From a virus: DNA of 64,000 bases. Of the stretch, positions 56,076 to 64,000 are shown in pieces. Position 1 is the stretch's first letter; each line of letters begins with the position of its first letter. The notes beneath the pieces were generated by a model. That model was not told where the DNA came from. It ran no database searches and saw only the letters and a program-made list of their open reading frames with translations. A program made the translations under genes and the position numbers. Location: the IMG/VR virus record IMGVR_UViG_3300021364_000006; one strand, 5' to 3'.

Positions 56076-56281
56076 TATTCGTCTCCTGATTCAGGCTCAA
56101 CTTCAACTTCAGTTTCACCTTCAGCATCTTGAACACCCTCGTCTCCGAAGAGTGAAGCCGCTGCATATGGACGTAGGGTATCAATTTTTGATGCTGCTTT
56201 TCCATAAAGCGCATCTTTGATACCATCACTAACATCTGCCGCACTGGCTCCGCTAGCAATTAAATCAACAATATCTTCCAT
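56075..56281 (-). CDS. prohead core protein-like
   Basis: Acidic; between gp20 and gp21. Confidence 0.65.
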   Translation of the reverse strand: MEDIVDLIASGASAADVSDGIKDALYGKAASKIDTLRPYAAASLFGDEGVQDAEGETEVEVEPESGDE

Positions 56282-56319
56282 GAAATAAAGAAATTAGTAA
56301 CTAGAAAGTATTTATTACC

Positions 56320-57993
56320 TTAGATTGCTCCACCTTCCAAATCAACTGGATCGGTAACTTCAGTTGAACTTGCATCAATATCCATATCCATTGGTGTAGC
56401 TCCCATCATATTTGGATCTTCAATGGGATTTCCATTCTCATCAGTGGGAACATTTGGATCTGGTAAGATGCCTTTTTTAATTTCATCTTCAATCTGAGCA
56501 TCAATTTCAAGAATCTCTTCATCAGTTTGGCGAAGAACTTTTCTGCGGAGATACTCAACAGAATAGTATTTGCCAAGATAAGGTTCTGATAGTTGTGCAA
56601 GACTCAATCTTCCTTCAAGAAGTTCTTTCTCTTTGAGCTCTGCAAAATGATTATCATACATATAATCAAATTGAATATGCTCAGCCAGTTTTGTCCAATC
56701 TTCTGGTGTGCAAATATTCTTGAGAAGACATTGAGTTCTCAGCATATCAACAAACAAATTGCTGAAACGCTTTCTTAGACGACCAACAAATTTAGAAAAC
56801 TTGAGTTCGTCACGTAAAATTTCGGAGGAACGACCTAGATTGAAACCACCTTCTGCACCAATTCTAGATTCTGGTACACCCAATGATCTATAAAGTTTCT
56901 TTTGGAAGTAAGAAACATCACTAAGTTCTCCAAGGTTTTGTCCACCAGGAAGAGTAGAAATTTCAGTTCCACGACCACCTTCACGTCTGGGGAGCCAGAA
57001 ATCTTCCAGCATAGACATGAACTTCTTATCGTCGCGAACTTCGCCAGTGCTTGCATCGTAAACTAGTTTGTTACGATAGCGGTTCATTACATCTTTTAGA
57101 TATTGTTCCGCCTTTACTTTTGGTAGATTGCCAACATCAATGTAGAAAATTCTACGCTCAGGAGCTCTTGATAGTCTATAGATGACGAGAGAGTCTTCAA
57201 TCATTCTGAGTTGATTGAGAGACTTGATTGCTTTGTGTAGATATGAGAGAACTACACCTTTATTTCTATCTACAAGACCAGAGGTGCAGTATGTGATAGA
57301 ATCTTTTGAAAATTTGATTCCTTTTACACCACTGTATCTATCACCCATACCACCAGCATAGGTTGGTTTGGGTGTATACATGAAGTATTCTTCAATTTCT
57401 GGGAACTGAACTACTTCTTTTTGTTGAGTTCCGTTTGGTTGTCTAAAGATAGCACTACCATTTCGTCCGTCTTGATCTTTTTTCTTTTCTTCACGGACAT
57501 ACCTCATTTTAAGAGGATCGATATATCTTAACTCTTTAATCCCTTCATGGGGTTTTTTGATATCGATTACTTTATGGTAATATAATCTTCCGTCAATATA
57601 CCAGTTTCTGAAAATCTCATGAGATTTAGCATCAAAATTCATCAAGTCTTTGATGTTTTTGAACTCATCTCTAATTTTTTTCTTAATGCCATCGCTAGCT
57701 GGCAGATTATCAAGATTGATAGTAACGGGAGTATCATTTAGATCACTGACAATTGCTTCATTTACAACATCTTCGATAGCTGTGTCTGCTTCTGGATGAA
57801 GAGACATCTCCCTATATCTTTTTACTAATTCAAATTCTGATTTATATACACCTTCAAGGTCTAGATATTGACCATAAAAATTACTAGCAATATAATGGTC
57901 AACCCCGTCCTCATTATTTTGAGGAACGGGGGACACTATACTTTTAGATTTCTTCTCGTTATCTTCAATAGAGAATCCAAAAAGTCTCGCCAT
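56320..57993 (-). CDS. gp20: portal protein
   Basis: RAPERRIFYIDVGNLP, EDFWLPRREGG. Confidence 0.98.
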   Translation of the reverse strand: MARLFGFSIEDNEKKSKSIVSPVPQNNEDGVDHYIASNFYGQYLDLEGVYKSEFELVKRYREMSLHPEADTAIEDVVNEAIVSDLNDTPVTINLDNLPASDGIKKKIRDEFKNIKDLMNFDAKSHEIFRNWYIDGRLYYHKVIDIKKPHEGIKELRYIDPLKMRYVREEKKKDQDGRNGSAIFRQPNGTQQKEVVQFPEIEEYFMYTPKPTYAGGMGDRYSGVKGIKFSKDSITYCTSGLVDRNKGVVLSYLHKAIKSLNQLRMIEDSLVIYRLSRAPERRIFYIDVGNLPKVKAEQYLKDVMNRYRNKLVYDASTGEVRDDKKFMSMLEDFWLPRREGGRGTEISTLPGGQNLGELSDVSYFQKKLYRSLGVPESRIGAEGGFNLGRSSEILRDELKFSKFVGRLRKRFSNLFVDMLRTQCLLKNICTPEDWTKLAEHIQFDYMYDNHFAELKEKELLEGRLSLAQLSEPYLGKYYSVEYLRRKVLRQTDEEILEIDAQIEDEIKKGILPDPNVPTDENGNPIEDPNMMGATPMDMDIDASSTEVTDPVDLEGGAI

Positions 57994-58032
57994 GTTATAA
58001 AGTGACTACGTTAATAAGATTATTTATCAATC

Positions 58033-58626
58033 TTATAGGATGTCACCTGCGCCAGATCCAGCATTGTTGCCATCTCTAGCAGTCCAGTATTGAACTTGTA
58101 GTTCAACAGTGAACTCCTCTAGGGTGTCAGAAGAATCATATGATAGATCAATCTGAGAGACATTTGTTGGGAAAACGTCATGGAACTTGTACTTTCTAAG
58201 CACAGATCCGTCTCTATCTAACTGATAAACAAAGGCGTCTGCTTGATAATCAGCAGGATTGACTGCACCAGTTGCGTCGGTGACGCGGTTGATGAAGTTC
58301 ATCCATCTTTCAAAAGCACCTCTGATTGTGAAATCAGTGTCATTGATAACTGTGATAGTCCAGGTGTCAAACGTTCTGTCTCCAGCAATTTTGAGTAGAC
58401 GACCACGGAAAGCAACATCAATAGGAGCAATGTTTGATGCAGGCAGCGCAGCTGCCTTTACCATAAATCTTGCTTCATTAACGATGTTGTTAGAGACGTT
58501 TAGTTCTCCAGGGAAAGCTAACACAACTTCAAATAAGTTGGGACGGGCCCCGCCACCCTGTAGCTTATTCTTGAAATCGGAAATAGTCCTTAAGGCGGGT
58601 TTGTTCTGTTGATTCTTGGATGCCAT
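58033..58626 (-). CDS. gp19: tail tube protein
   Basis: GGARPNLF, GDRTFDTW. Confidence 0.96.
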   Translation of the reverse strand: MASKNQQNKPALRTISDFKNKLQGGGARPNLFEVVLAFPGELNVSNNIVNEARFMVKAAALPASNIAPIDVAFRGRLLKIAGDRTFDTWTITVINDTDFTIRGAFERWMNFINRVTDATGAVNPADYQADAFVYQLDRDGSVLRKYKFHDVFPTNVSQIDLSYDSSDTLEEFTVELQVQYWTARDGNNAGSGAGDIL

Positions 58627-58644
58627 TTTAGGTTAGACCTCTAA

Positions 58645-61056
58645 TTAAACGTTTCCGATGACTTCATCGAATGAAACACCAGTGCGGGTGGCCACAAAGG
58701 TGAGTCCGACGAAATTGATAGAACGTGCTGGTTTGATGAATACGTCCGCAACAAATTCGTTACGGTCAATTACAGCAGAAGTGTTGTTGGTTTCGTCACA
58801 AATGACCACGAAATCTTGGATTCCGCGATTTGATTGAACTTCTCTTAGGAAAGGTTCAACAGAGTTGACGAAATTAGTTCTAGTGATTTCATCGTTGAAT
58901 TCAAAGAGTTGATCTCTTGCAACGGCTGCGATTGCTTTCTCAAGATAGATGAACAATCTACGAACGTTGATTCTATCAAAGGCAGAAGCCTTAGCGAATC
59001 CAGTCTTATCACCGAAGAGAACAATACCAGAACCAGGAATGAAGGTTACTGGGTTGATTCTATTGCTATAGAGACGATCTCTTTCTTCCTTCGCGGGGTT
59101 GTAAGGAAGTTTAACAGCATTGAGGATTGCTCCTCTATCTGTTCCTGCGGGTGAGAACCAGGGGAAATCATTGATATCGGTTCTCGCACAAGTTCCAGCA
59201 ACATCACCATTTAGAGGGATGTAGCGGAATCTATCAGCGAAGCGGTCATATGTGTACTTATAACCACTATCAAAGATAGCGAATGATGAAGATGTAATTG
59301 GTGAGTAGTGTCCGATTACATTTGATGTGATTGTCTCAACATCTCTGACTACAGACTCAGTGGCACTGTCTTGGAATAGAGCAGCTCTATGTGGGGAGAG
59401 GAATGCAATTGCATCTTTTCTCTTCTCAGCGATTTCAATTGCTTTCAGACCAATTGCTTGTGTCTGTTCCTTAGTATAGTTGCCAGATCCTTGTAGAACA
59501 AAGTCTACAGTATACTCATCGGGATTCTTGAGAAGATCGTATCCAGCAGAAAGTTTAGAAATATCCGCTGCAAGAGAAGTTGTGGTTGTTAGTCCACTTG
59601 TTCCGTTATAGTTGAGACCACCTGCAAGAGTAGCAGTGGTGTTACCATATCCAGCGAATGAAATTCCAGAAGCGTTTTGATCCCAAGCAATGTCAGTTAC
59701 GGGAGTGAATCCGTTACCAGTATTGAGTTTGAAATCTGTTGCTACAGTGTCAGCAGGAGCGCCACCAGCAAAGATGTATCCAGAACCACTGGCAACGTAA
59801 GCTCTGTAGTAAGATGCAGAACCACTTTCAAATTGACCATCTTCTGCCTTAGAAAGGTTTAGATGCTTTTCAAGAATAGTTCCAGGATTTCCTGAGATTG
59901 CTCCATCGTCGTCGATTACAACAACGTGAACTTCATCAAATCTGGCGTTTCTGGATTCAGCATATTGTGAAGTTCCAGGACGATCTGCGAGTTGATTCCA
60001 GAAAATTTCTCCACCAGTAAAACTGATCTTCTGAGAATCGAACCAGTCTGCTGCAGTGTTTGATCTAATTGAACGGCTGAATGTTACACCAGTACCAACT
60101 GGCAAAATTCCAGTTCCAGTCGTGAGACCAATACCAGAAAGTGCTCCAATAGTAACAGCAGTGGTCCCAACTCCAGTAACTGTTAATCCATATCCAAGAT
60201 GTGGAATGCTGATGGTGTCATTTACAACAACATCAGAAGTATTTGGGTTGATAGCAACGGGAATAGAAGTAGTTCCAGTGGTAAGGCCAACAGATTCTGT
60301 TACTGTTGCTAGTTCGTTACCACCAATTACACCTTCACCAGAAGAGTTGAGGACTCTTACATCACCAGTGAATCTATAGATTCCGTTTTCTTGGTAATCA
60401 ACTTGTGTTGTAACGCCAGCGGCGCTTTCATGTTGTACGAATTTTACATCAATATAATCGGTGCCTACTTCGGTTACAATTCCTTTGAATGCACCATCTA
60501 ATACTGCAGTAGAACCAGCACCAGGAATAACAGTTCCAGAAGGAACAACCTGACTGATTCCCATACCAACTGTGATGCCAGTTACGGCAATACCAGTAAG
60601 TCTCTGGTCAGCTCTAGAGTCAATAAGTGCAACCTTTAGACCGTTACCCCAGGTTCCAGGGTTTCTAGATGCAAAGACAACACCACTAATTGGATTATTG
60701 TCATAACCCAGTTCATTGTAGTGATCTAAACTTTTAATTTTTGGTGCAGAAGATGCGTCTCCAAAATAGGAGTTCTTCATATCAGCGTCGTCTGCTCTAA
60801 CGACTCTGAGTTGACCACCGTATGCTAGGTATGAAGAAGCAACTAACCAGTTTTCATAATGTCTATCGGCTTCATATGATTTGCCAAAATTCGCAAGCAA
60901 ATCGGCTTCATTTTGGATGAGAGTGGGAACTTCTACTGGTCCTTGTGCAAAAGGTGCCACAATAGCAGCAACTTTGTCAGATACGGGATCTACTCTGCCC
61001 AGAGTAAGATCAACCTCTCTTACAACAATACCAGGAGATGCTAAATTTAGCGCCAT
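58645..61056 (-). CDS. gp18: tail sheath protein
   Basis: SPGIVVREVD, WFSPAG, FDRINVRRL. Confidence 0.97.
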   Translation of the reverse strand: MALNLASPGIVVREVDLTLGRVDPVSDKVAAIVAPFAQGPVEVPTLIQNEADLLANFGKSYEADRHYENWLVASSYLAYGGQLRVVRADDADMKNSYFGDASSAPKIKSLDHYNELGYDNNPISGVVFASRNPGTWGNGLKVALIDSRADQRLTGIAVTGITVGMGISQVVPSGTVIPGAGSTAVLDGAFKGIVTEVGTDYIDVKFVQHESAAGVTTQVDYQENGIYRFTGDVRVLNSSGEGVIGGNELATVTESVGLTTGTTSIPVAINPNTSDVVVNDTISIPHLGYGLTVTGVGTTAVTIGALSGIGLTTGTGILPVGTGVTFSRSIRSNTAADWFDSQKISFTGGEIFWNQLADRPGTSQYAESRNARFDEVHVVVIDDDGAISGNPGTILEKHLNLSKAEDGQFESGSASYYRAYVASGSGYIFAGGAPADTVATDFKLNTGNGFTPVTDIAWDQNASGISFAGYGNTTATLAGGLNYNGTSGLTTTTSLAADISKLSAGYDLLKNPDEYTVDFVLQGSGNYTKEQTQAIGLKAIEIAEKRKDAIAFLSPHRAALFQDSATESVVRDVETITSNVIGHYSPITSSSFAIFDSGYKYTYDRFADRFRYIPLNGDVAGTCARTDINDFPWFSPAGTDRGAILNAVKLPYNPAKEERDRLYSNRINPVTFIPGSGIVLFGDKTGFAKASAFDRINVRRLFIYLEKAIAAVARDQLFEFNDEITRTNFVNSVEPFLREVQSNRGIQDFVVICDETNNTSAVIDRNEFVADVFIKPARSINFVGLTFVATRTGVSFDEVIGNV

Positions 61057-61092
61057 TGATGTCTCCTTTTGGGTCCGAAATTAATCTAAAGT

Positions 61093-61100
61093 TATTTATT
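61093..61100 (-). promoter_or_regulatory. late promoter
   Basis: AATAAATA upstream of gp18. Confidence 0.7.
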
Positions 61101-61139
61101 AAAACCTACCTCTTTAACGGGGAAACATTCCGTGAACAC

Positions 61140-61367
61140 CTACCAATCAGGATATTCCCAACTTCCAGTGTCTATTTTTCTAGATTTAGTTACCCTTTTT
61201 ATGGTACATTCTTTACATTCGTATGAATATGCAGATGGCAAAAAATCTCTATCTTTATGTGTCAAATAAAAATCTTCCATCAAACTTTTTACTTTACCAC
61301 AAGATCTACACTTTCTTTCTTTAAAAAGAAGATGTTCAAGTTCTAGTTGATCATCTAAGTCCATCAC
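61140..61367 (-). CDS. small zinc-finger protein
   Basis: CRSC..YECKEC..YPDW. Confidence 0.75.
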   Translation of the reverse strand: MMDLDDQLELEHLLFKERKCRSCGKVKSLMEDFYLTHKDRDFLPSAYSYECKECTIKRVTKSRKIDTGSWEYPDW

Positions 61368-61561
61368 TTTTCTGCGGCATACAATGCAAACGTTGATGTT
61401 GTGATAACAGTCATCATATTAGCAATATGTTGTTTGGTATCAGAATCACATTTATTGATCATGGGAAGAAAACATCCAATTATTGTCACTCCAACTATGG
61501 ATAGTTGAAAAAAGATAACAACTTTTATCAAGTTTATTACTTGATTTTTTGTTTCCATCAC
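61364..61561 (-). CDS. small membrane protein
   Basis: Two hydrophobic segments. Confidence 0.65.
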   Translation of the reverse strand: MMETKNQVINLIKVVIFFQLSIVGVTIIGCFLPMINKCDSDTKQHIANMMTVITTSTFALYAAEK

Positions 61562-63207
61562 TTATAATCCCACATGTATGACATATCACCATATTCATCA
61601 GTGTGCCATCTATCACCAGAGTTGTCTACAAAACTATCACCATCATTGATTCCATCTGAAATAAATCCAAATGGTGCCATGTCTTGCTCAATCTGATTTT
61701 TTTGTTCTTCGTATATTCTCTTACGGACATCATTATCCGTCATCTCTTTGAAATAATCTTGTGCAACTAACCAGGAGAATATAACAAGACACATTGCCAA
61801 GTCATCATTACATCCTTCCTCAGCTTCAAATGACTGACGCTTTTGAACAAACGTTGTTAATTCTGAGATGATATCATAATCATTTGTTATTAACTTATCA
61901 TCTTCTAATAAAGTTTTTAAATTTGAACATCCTAATTTTTTCACAGCAGATGTCATCCTGACACCAAGTTGTGACTTCTTACCTGAGAATCCAGAACCAA
62001 CTACTTGTCCAGCTCTGCCTCTCATGGCACACATGAGCATATTTTCATATTCAAGATCAAAGTAAAGAATAGATGCTACTTGATCTCCAATATCATTTAC
62101 TTCAACTAATACCCAAGCTTGATTATATGCGTCTGCAACTTGTTTAATGATGCTTGGGAATAGCATCGGTTTTATTTCATTATTTCTATACTTTGCTACA
62201 ACTTTATATGGGAACTGTGTTATATCGTAAACAATGAAAGCAGAATAATCGTGTTCTACTCCTCTTGCAACGTCAACAGTAATCATATAATTATGATCTT
62301 TTTGAGATGCTTCATAGATATCCAATCCTTTATTTCTTTTGATTGGATCTTCATATACTAAGTTTCTAAGTTTAGTGACATCAATGAGAGTATCAACAGA
62401 TCCTAAGAATTCGCATTCAAACTCAACTTTGAACTGTTGCTCCGATGTGTTTGCAATAGTCTGTTGCTTCCACTTTGCATTTCTTCCAGGGACTTCCGAC
62501 CAATGCACAGCTGTCGGAACATATTCATTCTTTTGCCTTTCAGCATCATGCCACATACGATAGAAGTGATTCATACCGTGAGGGGTAGAAACGATAATTA
62601 CCTTGGTGTTTTTACCAGATGAGATAGTAGGATAAACAGAGGCAAAGAACGCATCAGCAATGTGGTTTGGGATGAAAGCGAATTCGTCGAGAAAAATGAT
62701 ATTATAGGAGCCGCCACGAACAGCAGATGCAGACGTACTTGCGGCGATAATCTTAGACCCATTTTCCAGTTCTAGTGATTGCTTGTTCCAAGATACAATA
62801 CCCTGTTGCATCCATTTAGGCAAGTTCTCGTAAGCAAGTTGTAACCTTCCGAGAAGGTCCTTAGCCGTGGATGCTTTGTTTGCTAAAATAGCGATGTTAA
62901 CATTGTCATTGAAGACAGCATAATGTAGCAGATATGAAACCACAGTCGTGGACTTACCAGTCTGTCGTGGCATCTTACAGATATTAAATCTGTTCTTATG
63001 GAAGTTCTTTACAAGTTTCTCTTGGAACTTGTACATCTTGAATGGTACAAGACCTTCGTCTAGAGAAACGATTTGAATATAATTTTTAGCAAAGTATACA
63101 GGATCTTTCTTGCACTTAATAAATTCTGCAATCTCCTCTTGACCAAATTCAATTGGAGTATTCGCTTTTTTTAGATTTGGATTACCAAGATAAATTTCAC
63201 CAGGCAT
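61558..63207 (-). CDS. gp17: terminase large subunit
   Basis: RQTGKST, LDEFAF, DVARG, DDLAM. Confidence 0.97.
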   Translation of the reverse strand: MPGEIYLGNPNLKKANTPIEFGQEEIAEFIKCKKDPVYFAKNYIQIVSLDEGLVPFKMYKFQEKLVKNFHKNRFNICKMPRQTGKSTTVVSYLLHYAVFNDNVNIAILANKASTAKDLLGRLQLAYENLPKWMQQGIVSWNKQSLELENGSKIIAASTSASAVRGGSYNIIFLDEFAFIPNHIADAFFASVYPTISSGKNTKVIIVSTPHGMNHFYRMWHDAERQKNEYVPTAVHWSEVPGRNAKWKQQTIANTSEQQFKVEFECEFLGSVDTLIDVTKLRNLVYEDPIKRNKGLDIYEASQKDHNYMITVDVARGVEHDYSAFIVYDITQFPYKVVAKYRNNEIKPMLFPSIIKQVADAYNQAWVLVEVNDIGDQVASILYFDLEYENMLMCAMRGRAGQVVGSGFSGKKSQLGVRMTSAVKKLGCSNLKTLLEDDKLITNDYDIISELTTFVQKRQSFEAEEGCNDDLAMCLVIFSWLVAQDYFKEMTDNDVRKRIYEEQKNQIEQDMAPFGFISDGINDGDSFVDNSGDRWHTDEYGDMSYMWDYK

Positions 63208-63215
63208 ATTATAAA

Positions 63216-63506
63216 TTATCCTTGATAAACTACCGAAGTTGCATATACATCAGATGCAGACGAATAAACAAGGTCTGCTCTTTCTTTATGTATAATGATT
63301 GGATTATTTCCTGCCATATGGAAACTACCATATGTGACACCTGCACCAGTTCTCAATTCAACTTCACGATCAGATGAATGACTATGCTGAACCATTACAT
63401 ATTCAGCACCCACTGTAGAACCGACAGTAATTACTGAGCATGGAACTGATGATCCAGATCCTGCATTTACTTGTACAGATTCTCCTAAAAGTTTTACTAC
63501 AAACAT
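63216..63506 (-). CDS. small putative virion protein (paralog of 55809..56075)
   Basis: MFVVKLLGES..GSFHM..IIHK. Confidence 0.6.
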   Translation of the reverse strand: MFVVKLLGESVQVNAGSGSSVPCSVITVGSTVGAEYVMVQHSHSSDREVELRTGAGVTYGSFHMAGNNPIIIHKERADLVYSSASDVYATSVVYQG

Positions 63507-63507
63507 G

Positions 63508-64000
63508 TCAACACTTCCAACGTTTACGAGCTTTACATACGGGTTTATCTGGAGTCTTAGAGCAATCAATGTTGTGCATATCTTGCTGACCCTTAGAGCG
63601 AGCGCAGTAAGACTTTCTACGCTTGGCATCTTTGCTGCCTGGTTCTGGATCACCAGTTACAGCAGTCTTTAGTTTAGAACCAGGATTTTCACGACGATAT
63701 GCAGCCACTGCTTTAGGACTCATACCATCAGTCTTATCTTTTTTATTTACACTCTGCCAATCTTCTTTTACACCTTTTTTCTTATCTAATTCGGCATCAA
63801 GATCTTTGATAGATTTTAGTTTTCCGCCACCCATTTTAATTTTATCATAAGGTCTTAATTGACCAGATCCATAAACAGACCTACCCTCACCTATAAACTT
63901 TCCAAAACTCTTAGCACCTTCAACCTGAACTAGGGGTTCATTCTCAACACGATCTCTTTCAAAATAATTTGTCAATACAGCCTCAGGATAAATCTTTCTG
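63508..64000 (-). CDS. modular late protein (partial, continues past right edge)
   Basis: Frame open to window end; C-terminal RENPGSKLK..RRKSYCARS..RWKC. Confidence 0.7.
   Translation of the reverse strand, partial: RKIYPEAVLTNYFERDRVENEPLVQVEGAKSFGKFIGEGRSVYGSGQLRPYDKIKMGGGKLKSIKDLDAELDKKKGVKEDWQSVNKKDKTDGMSPKAVAAYRRENPGSKLKTAVTGDPEPGSKDAKRRKSYCARSKGQQDMHNIDCSKTPDKPVCKARKRWKC

Noticed and set aside
15955-63207. Introns or inteins in nrdA/B, gp41, gp43, gp20, gp17
   Set aside because: All are continuous ORFs of typical length
63216-63653. 145-aa ORF as listed
   Set aside because: N-terminal part overlaps the upstream gene; ATG at 63506 is the plausible start
126-63850. Numerous plus-strand and alternate-frame ORFs in the track (e.g. 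15946..16536, 29728..30306, 31463..32206)
   Set aside because: They shadow well-conserved minus-strand genes and show no recognisable motifs
1-64000. Photosystem genes (psbA/psbD/hli), integrase, transposase
   Set aside because: None recognisable in this window

Overview
The window is 64 kb of a T4-like marine cyanomyovirus genome (Kyanoviridae-type, probably infecting Synechococcus), with essentially all genes on the minus strand. In transcription order (right to left) it holds: terminase and head/tail genes (gp17-gp23, gp3); uvsY/uvsW/gp55; the replication and recombination block (gp47/46, vWA-peptidase + CobS-like AAA, gp45/44/62, regA, hsp20, gp43, uvsX, gp41, mazG); a cytidyltransferase and probable internal head proteins; primase and nrdAB; four tRNAs; and a sugar-nucleotide/glycosyltransferase island that runs off the left edge. 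Less obvious signals: an unlisted 56-aa NblA-like ORF; eight 2OG-Fe(II) oxygenases slotted singly into core operons; a 118-bp gene cassette bounded by 21-bp direct repeats that duplicate a stop/RBS/start junction; a wcaG-like pseudoknot upstream of the epimerase; a bidirectional sigma70 promoter at gp55; recurrent terminator-promoter fusions; candidate late small RNAs around hsp20; a frameshifted lysozyme-like gene; and capsid-targeting-like, protease-cleavable modular proteins. All family calls come from motif recognition, not database searches.
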